Under the pieces are notes generated by a model. It was not told the DNA's origin. It was given only the letters and a program-made list of their open reading frames with translations, and did not search any database. From positions 868,001 through 932,000 of the forward strand of contig MU008161.1 of assembly GCA_010909165.1 (NCBI GenBank): DNA of 64,000 nucleotides. Reading direction: 5' to 3'. The first letter of the stretch is position 1. Every line of letters starts with the position of its first letter. Source of the stretch: Anthoceros angustus. Taxonomy: Eukaryota > Plantae > Anthocerotophyta. This document shows positions 47,881-60,833 of the stretch, piece by piece. Made by a program: the position numbers and the translations under genes.

Positions 47881-50800
47881 GTGAACTTTCCTAATGTATA
47901 GAAAATAGCGGAAGCATGAATTAGAAAAGATTAGAAAATTCATAGGTTAGGGGCCCTTTTATAGGGGACCCGGCACCCTTCAGGGCTGCGATCGTCATTA
48001 ACGAGCTAGGTTAGCCTAACTCGCGACTATTGGCTAGGTTATGTAACTCTTACTAAACTTAACACTCTCTTAAGGGTAACATAACCTAAGCTATGACTCT
48101 TGTCGGACGTAACGACCGGTGGAGACTATCTTCCATGGAGCGACGCCTCGTGGCGCGCCTCCTCCGAGCTAAGTCTTCTCCGGCAGTCAGGGATGCCAGT
48201 GCAGAGGGTGGCGGCGGGTCCACTCACGGTGAATGAGAGCTCGTGACAGCCGCCTTGAGGCACGGCTATGAAGAGGCCCAAGTCGATTTGTTGTCCTGAA
48301 AAGCGACATGACTCCTTGAAGCAAGCATCTCGAGATCGCCTTCTTCTGAAAGTCATAGACACCGTTCTCGCCTATTTATGGACGGGAGCACAGCTCCAAG
48401 GTAAGCGCCAACCATCCTTCGTGAGGAAGTTCGCAAGTGCTTTGTCCCATGATTGGCGTGCTGGTTCGCTCGCTCATCACTGGCAACACTCTCCTTCGTG
48501 AGTGCAGTGTCCAAATTGGTGAATAGAGTATGATCGCTGCATATGGGCGATGGCTCCACTGTACCACCCGCATCCTAATGCACTGGGTGTTGAGGCAAAC
48601 CGCAAGTATCTTCACGGTCCTTGCCTTCACCGTTATGCCTCAACCGCACGGGCCCGACGCAGTCGGCTCGCGGCTCTCCGGCCTCTTTCTTGCGGCACTC
48701 TCGTGCCCAATGGCGCTCCGCACCAATTGCGCTTCGAGGAGGCGCAGAGGTTGAGTCACCTTTAGGGTGAAATTCGCCTTGCCTTCAATTCCTCCGGGCT
48801 TGAAGCAGGTGGAAAGCGCTCTGCGCATCGGGCTTGGACCCTCCTGAGGCGGGCGGCACTCCTCGTCTGAGCCGTCCTCCAGCGAGAGGAGGTTGAGCCG
48901 GTGGTGCAGCGGGTCGCCATCGACATCAGTGGTGGCGAAATGTTGGTAATCAGGAGACTCATTAGGAGTTGAGCGGCGTCGACCTCGGTCATCGTTGAGC
49001 CGAGAGGCTAGGCCCTAGCTGCCGGAACTTAGATGTGTGAGCCGCCACCGTGTCGGCTCCTTCATCTTGAGGCGTTGAATTCTGTCGCACACTGTACAAG
49101 GTTAGAACATTGTTAACGTTGTACGTGTTTGATAGCTGGTCCCAGATGGCACAAGCCTCCGTAAGGGACTCCACGCTGGGCACCAGGCTTGAGTCAAGTC
49201 CGCGATCGAGTGCTGCTGCAATTCCGTTCGTATTCCACTTCTCGATGCTCTGCTGCGAGAGGGAGGAGGGTTGTAGTGGGGTCGCTTTGGGTAGCCGTCA
49301 ACTATCTTCCAAACGCCGCGGCCGATGAGGTCGACTTCATCCGGACTCGCCATCTTGGATAATCTTGGCGTTGAACCGGTCTTTCTCCTTGATGTGGTCG
49401 GTGAAGATGGGTATGGCACCGGGTCAAGTCGAGGTCTGCTGGCCATCCTCGTTGGCGTGTTCAAAGAGAGTGAGCTCAAGCTGCTGGATCGGCTGGTCCA
49501 CAAGGGAGTTGTAACTTGTGGTCATAAAAGGCGGGCCTAGGAGGCGATCTTGGCTCGGCTCCGCTATCGGCGCGGGCGGTGGACGGATCCATGAGCTCGT
49601 CGCGGGCGGTGTAATAGCCTAGAGTGCCCACCTCACTGCCATCATGGTTACACGAAGCTCAAGGGTCCATCCTCCATAAGTGCCGACAGGATATCTCGGA
49701 GGAAGTGAGTATCCCTCTTTGGCTTACTCTTGATTTCTTCTGTGAGAGTTCTCCCTTGTTGTGTCTTCTTCTTTTTGTTGGTTTCTCCCCTCCCTTTCTT
49801 TCTCCTTTCGCTCCGCCGGGGCTTGCTTCCTCTTTTTCTTCCTTTATTTCTTCTTCTTCTTTCTTCAGCGAAGGTTCCCCGCCTTGGCCCTAATCGAGCA
49901 CTAGGGTGCTTAACTCCGAGTTTGGATAGGAGCTCGGTTTGCAACCAAAGTGAATTGGTGTAGTGGTTGGTGCTTCTCGGTGCCAGCAGGTGTCGCGGGT
50001 TCGATCTGGGCGTCTGTCGAAGTTTGCGGAAGAATAAAAGATAAGGGACGGGTAAAGGCGGGCGGCGCTCCCGGATTGCGATCTGGCGCCCGCTGGCCCA
50101 CGGCACGGGCGCGCCCGCTGTGAGCGCACGGGTGCGCTGTCACGCACGGCCAGGCCTGCCCCTCGACCGCGGCCCACGCTGCTTCTCGCGGCTCGCGCGG
50201 CGCTGGGCCTCCGCTCGTGCCCGCCTCGCTCCCGCCACACGCTACCGAACCAGTCTCACCGCTGGGGATCTGGCGCCCGCTCCTCACGAGCGCACCCAAT
50301 CCCGGCCAAGATTGGGATTGCGATCTGGCGCGGATTGCGATCCTCGTGGCGCTCCCGGCGCGATCCTGTGGCGCTCCCGGATTGCGATCCTCGTGGCGCT
50401 CCGTGCTCCTTCGCCGCTGCTGGGACCGCCTGGGGGCGTGTCTCGTCGGGAGATCCGCCCGCCCGCGCCGATTCGCCCGATGAGGGAGGGCGCCCATCAA
50501 CTCCAACGGCGGTCGACCGGGCGTGCCCGCCGCCTCCACGCCCGCTGCGCCGTCGGTCCGATGGATGAGAGGCGCCCGCCAACTCAGCGGCGGGTCGGAT
50601 GCAGGCGTGCCCGCCTCCTCCACGCTCCGCTGCGCTCGGGGAGGTGGGAATTCCTCCATCCGGGGCCGAGGCGGATCTAATGCGCGGCCCGCCGCTTGCA
50701 GCTTGCAATTGTTGGATTGCCTCCAAAGATGCCGGAGGAGAAACGTTCTCCTAGTGAATTCGGGGGTCGCGTGCGTCTTCTCCCCCTGCCGGGAGTCACG

Positions 50801-51476
50801 GACGGGCGCCTGGGCCTCGGCCTATTGCGAGATCCGTGATGAGGCCCTCCTCGCTCGCGTGTTGGGGTCAATGACGGAAGCGAGGAACAAAAGAAGAAAT
50901 GAACAATTTTTTTTTTTTTAAGCCCATGCACGCATGTCGCTAGATATGTAGAAAACTAAAGCAATTGTTGCCAAGTGGAGGGAGGGGCGGTGGCGAGGCT
51001 CCCATCGAAACTCCGCTATGGGCGCCTAGTATGGATTAGTACCCGAGTGGGGGACCGGTGCACATCTGATTTTTTGTTGTTGTTGTTTTTTTCTTGATGG
51101 TATGCGGTCTTTGGGGAAAGGGAAAAAACAAAGCTACCTATCCTAGAGACATCGGATACTAGTTTTTTTCCTTCTTCTCCTCCGCAACAAGAGGACTAAT
51201 CCTGCGGACTAATCCGAGTGAGAGAAAGAAAAACAAGGGAGGGGGCGCCATGGGCCGCCCATGGCGCCCGGCCTGTCTCAGTGGAGCCTGGCTCGATACC
51301 ATGTGAACTTTCCTAATGTATAGAAAATAAGCGGGCATGAATTAAAAAGATTAGAAAATTCATAGGTTAGGGGCCCTTTATAGGGGACCCGGGCACCTTC
51401 GTGATCGTTACAGCGGCTAGGTTAGCCTAACTCGCGACTATTGGCTAGGGTTATGTAACTCTTACTAAACTTAACA
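47881..51476 (-). mobile_element. Non-autonomous Ty1/copia-type LTR element (gag + protease only, TR-GAG-like), 3.6 kb
   Basis: ~180-bp direct repeats at 47881-48064 and 51302-51476 (TGTTAAG...TTCACA on minus) with TATAAA. iMet-type PBS TGGTATC-GAGCC at 51290-51301. Copia gag motif FN..DYPRWRVRM...GRGVWKIVDG (~49300-49375), EACAIWDQLSNTY, and a protease-like W.SGA..HM motif (~48540-48570). No RT or integrase motifs seen. Confidence 0.8.
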
Positions 51477-51599
51477 CGGCCGGCGCCCTCCCCTAGCTCC
51501 ACACGCATGCACCGACGGGCATGTACACCCATGAGCAGGGCATGCTAAGGAAGGGCGCCGGCCGGCCGGCGCCCTCCCTTAGCACCATCCTACGATGCA

Positions 51600-52444
51600 T
51601 GCGGGTGAAGCTGGGGGGGGGGATAAGAAGGGAACGGCAGGTATCCTATCACCGACGGAAGGTGTGGCCCATTTGCAGGAAGGGTTAAAAGATTTGCGTC
51701 CATAGGTGACTGCTGAAGAGTACAAGTGGTGGAAAGCCTTTTGGGTGGACCAGAAGGAGATTGGTATCATTGTGGAGAATAACATTGGGCTAGTGCTACA
51801 GCGTCCTTGGAAGTGGTTTTCACGTGCAAAAGTGGATCATATAGCCTGACTACTTCAAGTGCTGGATGAAGCTTTGCTGAATGAGGCATTATTGAGGGAC
51901 CTCCCACAGCGGGATATGTACTTGGGGGCATACCAAAATGCCGGAAGGCAACAGTGGGAATGGCGTGGATGAATGGAGACATAATGGAAATCCGGAAGGG
52001 ATGTTTACAGCGATGCATGCGTGGACACACATAACAAGCCATTCTGGATTGGGGAGAGTCATTGACGTGAAGCTAGATGCACCACGACCTCACTTTCTTA
52101 TCCACTGGTATCGGACCGAGCACACAGATGCGTACGAAGGGAGATATGTGTAGGAATACATAGTCCGTCAAAGTGCTAACCCATCTGGTCTGATGCCAAG
52201 GAGAAAAGGGAATAAGGTCCATTACCCAAAAAACATACAGGAGGTATTTGTGAATGAAACAGCCATCTTGTATTATGGATTTGTGTTGAACGCACGGAAA
52301 CATGTGTATGCGGTGGACAAAAAAGCGATAAGGGATAAGCTCTGCAAGTTGCGCGGCTTCATACGACTGAGTCAAAGTGTCAAGATAGAGACGACAATCT
52401 TTGGACCAAGTGAGGACGAAGGATTGAACTCTGGTGATGAGTGA
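51600..52444 (+). pseudogene. Decayed intronless ORF remnant, probably transposon-derived
   Basis: Protein-like segments broken by stops: EEYKWWKAFW...PHFLIHWYRTEHTDAYEGRYV*EY...ILYYGFVLNARKHVYAVDKKAIRDKL. Family not recognised. Confidence 0.35.
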
Positions 52445-55296
52445 AACTGAAATCACGGTTTGTCCCGGGGTCCCAGAGTGAATGTTGTACGTCTGGTTCC
52501 ACATGTTACTGTGTTTTGGAAATCCCTGTCCGTGGCTTTTGTTGTGTCCTTGCTAAACTACATTTTCCTCCCAAAACTGAATTTATAGCCGTCCCTTCCC
52601 GGAAGGAACGGCCTTCCTTACCGTTCCTACTTTGCATGAATCCCATAGGTTGGAGTTTGCGACCACCATTCGACAGAAACATTGTTGGATGGAAAGTAGG
52701 AACTTTAGTGGGTGACACCCTCTTTTTCGGAGATGTTTTCCGGAATGCCTTTAAAACGCTGTTTTAGGGCCCATCAAAAACCCCCTTCAGAGATTATTTA
52801 CGGAAAACCCCCTTCAAGAATATTCACCCCCTTCAAAAATTATGATGTTTTGTACACGTATAGCAATTTGATGGGACAGGTATTTGAGTGTTATCTTCAG
52901 TTGATTGTTTGCAAACTGTCTGTACATGTGTCACTCTATTGTAGGAAGTTCATTGAACTTGCCCGCTTGGTGCGTGACGCTTTTGATGCTTGGCTGTGCA
53001 AGAATTTTTTGCCCAAAAAACGATTGGCGGATAGTGGGTACAAAATATATATAACTCTTGCAACTCATGGTTTAAATTGTACTGCAAATAGGTGACTCAA
53101 TTTGTGATATTTTTGCAGTTTGAATACTGACTAGCTTTCTTTTGGCCTCTGCTTTACGGCCATGCAACTAAAAGTATTACAAAAAAAGTTTAATACTTTA
53201 TAATTTGTTGTTAATTTTAGAATATTGGATTAGACGATATTATGTCCACCAAAGAGAAGAATGACTGCTTGTCCATTCGAGTCATATAACGATACGATCT
53301 AGAAAACATGTCACAGTGAGAAAAAAATGACGAATATTGTGGACTTTTTACCCTCGAGTCCTGTTTGTCAAGTACCATGGCCATGGCTTATGATGCGTAA
53401 CTAGTAGGCATAATGGTTCATACTTAGGATAGAGAAGAAAAAGAGGTCCGATGCTCGAAAAACGATTGCGCAATGAGATAATCTCGAGGCGCTTACACAT
53501 CAATGCAGTGATTCAAAGTGGCAGTGAGATTGATAAGGAGAAGCAAAAGATGCGAGTAAGCATAGGATAAAAGGGTGGTTATGAGTAAAGATGAATAAAA
53601 GGGCTGTCATGAATAAAGATAAGTTGGATTGTTTGATTTCTGCTAGATAACAAGGCTATGGAGGTTTTGGCATCCATACAAGTCCCATTAACGTGCCTTT
53701 TCCGCACTTGTGACTAGGTGTATGATGGGTAGACAGTTGAGAAGCTACCTGCCCTCGTAGCTCTCATGTATTTGCCTTGTGCCAAAGTAGCTATACAGCC
53801 ACCGCCTCCAATACTTGACGGTGCTGACTTGCGTGAGCCATAGTGTAGACAAAGACGAGCGCCACAAATTTCTAAATGATGGACACTCATTGAAGTACAA
53901 GGCTGCAAAACGCTAATTCCAGTGGCAAATAGGAGTTTTTGACAAACTTTAATTCAAGTGAAAAATAGGAGATTTTGATAAACGGGTTCAAATAAGTTCT
54001 CGGTTTGTGGTAAATGGGGCATCTAGTAAGATAGTAAGATAGTAAGATCGGTTGCCGAAATGCCAAGCCAATTAAGATTAGCAGCATGTGGAGGGTGTCA
54101 CGGACAGGTCGAGGAAAATAAGCCGTGCAAGAGGGATGGGGATGGGGGCGGGGGCGGGGGTGGGAGGGAGAGGAGAGGGGAACATGAGACTTTATTTTAA
54201 AAAGAGATGGGAAAACTCATCCACCCCAAACACAAAGGACTAAAACCCAACGAAGGGCACCATGCCAGAGGACTAGCCCCAGCAGGAGAGGGCAAGGGAG
54301 GGAGGAGATGGGGACTGGGATAGGAGGGATGGGAAGTAGAGGGAGATGACATGGGACATGGAGCATGGAGTATAGTAAATAGGAAATAGGAAATAAAAAT
54401 AATAAATAAAATAGGAAAAAAGAAAAAAAGGAGAAAGAAAATAAGGGACGGAGGGCTATGGTGGAATAGGGAGACAATGTGGTATGGGATTTAAAATTAA
54501 AATATTAATATATAAAATTAATATTTAAGTATTGAAGTTAAGTTTTTTAAATAATTATTTTGCTACTACTCCGTTGAACCACCTTGAGTGGGGTAGATAA
54601 TGACTTTACAATTACTTGAGGATAATGTCGTAAAAGCTACTTGTCGATGACGTTTGCATACTCTTGTACACTCCAAGTGCGTCATCTTCTTTTGCCCTAG
54701 GCTTCGTTGTGTACTACACTCTGTAGATTTTGTGGTGCGGACTTCCAAGTCATTCGTTTGCCCTAAACCTCGTTGTGGTCTGCACGCCATAATTTTATGT
54801 TGTGGACTTCAAACTCCGCAACTTCGTTTGGATTGCGCGGTTAGGCTAGTTTATAATTAAGGACGGTGTTTTCGGGGGAGCAAGATTGCAAGCTTCTATC
54901 ACGTGGATCGTGTTTCGTAACATGTTCACATCACGAGGACACTGCAATCTTGCGCCGTAGTATCAGAGTTGCGCGTCATCTCGTGCTCTGCATTGTGAAC
55001 ACGTCAACGATGAAACCACAATGCATCGCTGCACTAGTTTTCAAGGTTAGATTGTACAGAATTAGAATTGGGGTTGCGACTCCCAAGTGCGAGACACGGT
55101 TTGGGTTGCACAATTACGTTTTTTAATTTGGTTTGTGTGATCTGGTGTTCATAACAAAATAGAGATCTTGACGAGGTACTCCACCGAAGATGATGTACGT
55201 TGGTGGCATGAGTTTTGGGAAGAGCTGGAAAAACGTTTAGAAGTTGCAACACCTGCACATTGGCATTTGGTACTCTAATGAAACATGGCATTAGCA

Positions 55297-58042
55297 CTAC
55301 CGAAACAGAAACAAGTGCAAGTCCGGACTCGCGACACCATCCGAAAGACTAACCCTACCCGCCACCAGTGGATTCTCTGCTCCAGCGGGAATGAGACGTG
55401 AGGGTGGGGACAATAACTGTAGTTCTCCTGCCAACCAGTCAGCCCACAACGGATCGTCACATCCAGATTTCAAGTCCCACTCACTCCACACCGGTATGTC
55501 TTTTTCTGTCACACATGAATTCAACCACAATGCTTCCCCATCTTCACTCTCATGGTCAAGACAACTAAGGTCAACCTTCAGTTTCACCTGTTCATGCAGC
55601 TCAGAATTCCCAGTCGTTTGAGTCGCCACTTCTAGTGGGTAGCCCCTTCCATTCAATTTTAGTTTCTCTGCTGGTTGATAACTAGCATCAGCGTCAAGCG
55701 CGAAACCGGTCTTCCCTTTGGTGTGCTTCTCATGTGTGCTGTCCTCCTTGCGAGCTCTCATCCTACGTTCTTTGCATTTCCTCTTCTTTTGAGATATGCA
55801 TGCCTCACCATCCCCGACACCAAGGTTCAAAACTTTCCTTTCGCCCTTTTTCCTTTTGAGTTTGTTCGCTCCCAGCTTCTGCAAACTGTCAGTTACACAG
55901 ATATTGCCAGTACCCTTGCTCTGGATTTTCACCAGTGCTTCTTCCAGAGCCTTAAGCTTGGACTGCATCTTTGTTTTATGCTTGTTTCCTTTCTGCAACA
56001 GTCTCGTGATGGACTGCACTATAGCCATTGGCTTGTCTTCTGAAGAGGACTCCTTCCTCCTTGAATCAACCAAATTATCAGTAAGTGCTCCTGTCTTCAC
56101 AGACAACTCAGTTAAGGAGCAGATTTGTGACTTTTTTTCGCCAGATCCTTCTTTTCGTTCTTCCAGTCTTGCCTTCTGGGCACATTCCTGAGCAATACCG
56201 TTTTTTGTACCGTCAGCTTTGCATGGTTCAGAAGTCTCCACAGCTTGTGTAGTTTGAACCTGGAGATTACTGAGCAAGGGTGCCTTTCCAGCCTTGGACC
56301 TATTTCTGGGCCTAATATGCCCACTCGACATCCTGTCCCCAACAGCGTCCATGGTAGAAGTAACCTTCCCAGTGTCATCAGTTTGTGCTCCACCTTGTAG
56401 CACACTAGATATTCGCTGCTCAAGCAAACTATTGTGCTTTTCCAGCGATTCAACATGGGCAGATAGGGTGTCAACTCCCGTCACTGATGCCCGTTGGGCA
56501 ACTTTAGAAGCATTTAGTGTCAGAATACACCCAGTCTGAACAGCACCTGTGGTCAGGGGCGCAAAGCTGGTGTTGGATATCATTTCTCCTGAAGCCTGCA
56601 CAGAACCAGTCAAGCACAGCCAGAAAACAGGGCATAAGAGTAATGTTGGGTAGAATCAGAAAACAACTGGTGCAAGGTCAAGGGTATATAACAGTAACAC
56701 CCAACACATAACAGTTCCTATCCTTGCAAGGACCAATGTCCAATTCCTTTCACTTACCACCAAATCTGAGCCTCCTTTATTTGCTGTGTGACCCTGACTA
56801 AGTGACGTGCTTTGCCCCTGGGTTTTACTGAGCACCATTCCCAAGCCAAATTTGGACATATTTTTCGACTTTGCATTTACATTCGGCAGTAAGTCTCTGG
56901 TGGCAGTTGAAGGAGCCCTTGCTTTCACTTCATTAGTCCTTCCCTGCCCCTGAAGTAGGCTACACAGCTGCTGCTCCATCACACTGGTCTGCTTCTGCAA
57001 GGCCACAATGTTCACAGATAGCGTCTGCACTTCCGTCTGGGTCGACATAGCTATTGTGTGAGCAGTTCTGGACATAGTTTCTGCTGCCACCAATTTGGTT
57101 TGAGCAGCGGATGCATCCGATTGAAGTTTTGTGGCCAAACCCATCCCTTTCTCTGCTGACTTGGAAGCACTCTGGATCTGGATAGAAGACAAACGCTCTT
57201 CAGATGCAAAGCTCTTTACATGCAAAACTCTGATTAACTATTAGATATCTGGGGACCGAGAAAGTTTTCACATCCAACATCGCAACATTCTCACAGAGGC
57301 AGACCTCGGTTAGGAGGGATATCTCTAAACCTTGAAAAGCATGATGAGCAGACTCGATCGCTACGACAGAATGGCCAAGACCTTTAGCTGCACCTCGGAC
57401 CTGAAATGGCCACAGAAGCAGAAGTTAGCTAGAGTGTCTCAAAAACCATGCAGTATATGCATCCTCCTCCAGAGACTGCAAGGCAGCACAATCGTTCTAA
57501 CTAGAAGGTGCACCTCGGAGAAGAGGCAATCAACTCCGTCGCTATCCAGTTTTTGTCTCCTTTCCACCGCCTCCAGACGCTGAAGTACTCTGGACAATTC
57601 ATCCTTAAGCTTAAACCCATCTTTCTCCAGCTCTTCACGCAACCGCATTTGCTCTTTAGCGTTCATGCTCTCCGCTTCGGCCCTCTTCCGCTCTTTCTCC
57701 AACTCTGTGACAAAGAGAAAAACAGAAGCGAGCATGAACCCTAGCACGCGGTTTGAACACGATTAAAACCAAAGAGTTCAGGGTGAGTGGCACACCTTGA
57801 CGCACCGTCTCATTAACCCGTAACACTTTTTCAGTAGCCTCCATCTTTTCCTTCAGCAAGGTAATGGCTTGCCTCAACTTCTTCCTCCCAGCCTCGCTCT
57901 TCTCCAACTTCTGTGCCACCTGCAATCCTGCCATTCAGCCAGGCATTGCTTCCAGGTGCAACATTCCATTGCACTGAAACCTGTGGTGCAAGTTACGTAC
58001 CTGCTGGCAGCAGGACCCTCTCCCGCCACTTTCGGGCCCCAT
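55297..58042 (-). CDS. Coiled-coil protein, MEE22 (maternal effect embryo arrest 22)-like; exons 58001-58042, 57796-57919, 57514-57704, then ~57330-57400, ~56755-57225, ~55297-56597
   Basis: Spliced start MGPESGGRGSCCQQ/VAQKLEKSEAGRKKLRQAITLLKEK/ELEKERKRAEAE resembles the MEE22 N-terminus (CC...R.ALRQAV.LL). AIVQSITRLLQKGNKHKTKMQSKLKALEEAL and LLSPP resemble internal MEE22 blocks (from memory). The 3' end is uncertain. Confidence 0.6.
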
Positions 58043-58350
58043 CCTGTCGAAGTCGGCCCTGATGTCGACCAGCTACAACATCGAGTTCGGTGCAGAGCCT
58101 TTCAGGCATACACATGCCAGTTCCATCGTTCCAAACCACGCTGATTTTTCAAACTTCCTTGGGCGGCCAAACCCTAAACTCTGTAGCAGCTCTACTAAAG
58201 GGCCTGGCAAATTAAAGGAAGTAGTAAATGTTGTCGACGACGCTGGCCGAGTTTCTTCTCTTCTCTTCTCTTCCTTACGCGCTGTCAGATCGCCTGCCGG
58301 CTGTCGGCTGAATGCGCCAAGCCGCCACAGTCATGTCATGTCGTGTGCAA

Positions 58351-58632
58351 AGGTCCAACTGCCGTGACCAGTTGAGGACTAGCTACTGTATGTAGACTAC
58401 CTACGTAGGAGTCGCCAGCGATACCGTGAGCACGATCAGCTTTTGTAACCGATAGTATAAGACTAATCGTGCTTAATACAACAGGTCCAAATAGGTACAA
58501 CAAGTATAAATCTGAATCCCATTACGATCAGATTCATATAAATCTGATCGTGCTGAATAAATCAGGTCCAACTGCCGTGACCAGTTGAGGACTACCTGTG
58601 TACACTACGTCCGAGTCGCCAGCAATACCGTG
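58351..58632. promoter_or_regulatory. Direct repeat in the divergent promoter between the MEE22-like gene and LpxD
   Basis: AGGTCCAACTGCCGTGACCAGTTGAGGACTA identical at 58351-58381 and 58564-58594, each followed by GAGTCGCCAGC.ATACCGTG. Telo-box AAACCCTAA at 58169. Confidence 0.65.
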
Positions 58633-58643
58633 GAATCGGAGCA

Positions 58644-60599
58644 ATGCAGGCGGCCGCGGCAGGAGTGTGTGCGCGCCGCCTCTCCCTGCCATGGTCGCCT
58701 CCACAGGTCTCCCAGCTGGGAAGACTAGGACGGCTATCTTCCCTGGTGGTTCCCCGGAGGCAGGAGCTTCATGCGCAATACAGGAAGGCACCGGGCCTGA
58801 GCAGATGCTCCGGTGCGTTGCTTGCTTGTCCAAATCAAAGCCAAAGCTTGTTCCGGCCAATTCTTGGGTGCGAGCTCCTTTTGTCTCATTTCAGATGGCA
58901 TGATGTTGCAGTGGCTGTGCCGCTTGGCTTCGGGAAAGCTGAGGGCACAGGAGTAGAGAATTGGGACAGAGGAGGGGGGCTGGTTCACAAATTGGCTCAA
59001 GTGGATCCAAGTGTGGTTGTGGAGGTGGGAGCTCTGGTGCAAGCCCATGCTCGCGTGGGCCCCAACGCTCACATCGGATCGGGCTCCATCGTAGGATGCG
59101 ATGTGACTATCGGCTCCTCCACCGTGCTGGGGTTGTTATTTGTGCCTTCTTTAGTTCATGAAGGAGAGAGTTTGAGCTGGTTCCCTCTTGATGTTGCTTG
59201 CACTCCCGAGATGGCTACAGGTTTGCTGTTGGCCACTTTTAGTATTTGTCAGATGTTTTGAGGATGCTAACTCAGACGGGTTCCAACTCTGCCTACCGTT
59301 GTGTATACTTGCGGTGCAGGTATAACGTTTCGTTGCAGAACTGCTCCATCGGAGAATCTTGCATCCTCCACAATGGTGTTTCTGTTGGCCAAGATGGTGT
59401 GCAGCTGCCCTTGATTGAAGTGAATCTTTTTCCAGTGACCAATGTGACCGTAAGGAAACCTATTCTTCGTCCCTTCATGTGATCACATCGGTGTTGTTGG
59501 TGGTAGGATTTGGCTTTTTGGTCAACGAGGAAGGTGAAGTAGTCAAGAAACCTCAGGTAACCGGAATGCTGTTGTGGTTTCTGTGCCCAAATGCAAGGCT
59601 GCTGGATTGCTTTAAAGGTTAGTTAGGGAAGAGCAACAGCATCACGAAACAATGATCCACATGCGTACATTAAGACTGGAGGTTGACAGTCAGTGAAGCA
59701 ATCCATTTCTGCTTTCTTATGCAGCTACTACAGGTGAAGATAGGAAATCATGTAGAGATAGGGGCCAATTCGTGTATAGACAGGGGCAGGTAGCACCGTT
59801 CGGTACTTTCCCTTGAAAACAAGTTTTTCCACTCTCTAGGATTTGTAGCTCTGTGAGCACTTCTAGTTGTTGATCAAAAGGATACCGGACTCTGGCAGCT
59901 GGCGAGATACTGTCATTGGCGATCACACAAAAATTGACAACCTAGTTCAGGTACTTACGTTAGGTTGACAATTGCTCAAACGTGTCCGTTCCTTTGGGTA
60001 ACAACTCCATCTGACCATACTTTTATGGATTCTAAGGTCAGATCGGCCATAATGCAGTGATTGGCCGCTGCTGCATGCTCTGTGGGCAAGTTGGAATCGG
60101 CGGTTCTGCTACGTGAGTGTGGCTTGTTGGAGTGATCAAGATCGCATTTCGCAGAATAGACGTTCTAGCTAACACTTGGATTCTGTTGTAAGGCTTGGAG
60201 ATTATGTGGTGATGGGAGGGCAATCAGGTGTTGCGGACCACAGAACTATTGTGTCAAAGGTATTGCCCTTGCTCTAGGCTAATGCTCCTGGGTGTTTTGG
60301 GCTGACATCCCGTTTGCCGGTCACTTTTAGGTCCGCATAGCTGCAAAAAGTGGAGTCACCAACAACATCCATGAGTCTGGTGACTATGGAGGCATGCCTG
60401 CGGTACGTGGATGTAAGCCAATCTGCTACTGCTCTAAATGCCAACGTCGTCGTCAATTCATCTAACCTGCCGTGTCGTGTATGACCTTTTAATCCAGATC
60501 AAAGCGACAGAGTTTAGAAGGGCTTTGGTAGCCTTCAAAAGGCTTGGGAGGGCGCCAACCACTAGCCGGGTGTCGGAAGAGGATGCACTCGTGGATTAG
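58644..60599 (+). CDS. lpxD: UDP-3-O-acylglucosamine N-acyltransferase (LpxD), plant organelle-targeted type, about 10 exons
   Basis: Arg/Ser/Ala-rich N-terminal presequence; hexapeptide repeats; [85 protein letters not shown]; short GT-AG introns; stop TAG 60597-60599. Confidence 0.93.
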
Positions 60600-60833
60600 G
60601 ACCCGGAAGGGAAGAGGCATGGCTTGTAGTGACAGGCTTGAGTCCTCAGGCATTGTGGTGACAAAGGTACGCAAAACACAGAGGAGGCCTCCCATACAAA
60701 AGCTTTTGAAAAGAAAAATGTTTTGTTGGTGTCAAGAAAATAATGGGCGGTGGAGGATTCGGTAGTGTCCATGTTTGGGGACAGTAACCACCTGAGCGCC
60801 CGCCCGCCCTAGGAGACTGGGCGGGCTCTCGGC

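Noticed and set aside
49890-50930. Overlapping Arg/Pro/Ala-rich ORFs in the copia leader
   Set aside because: Expected by chance in very GC-rich repetitive DNA; open in several frames on both strands.
58644-60599. lpxD as bacterial contamination or recent horizontal transfer
   Set aside because: It has multiple spliceosomal introns and an N-terminal presequence; nuclear lpx genes are established in plants.
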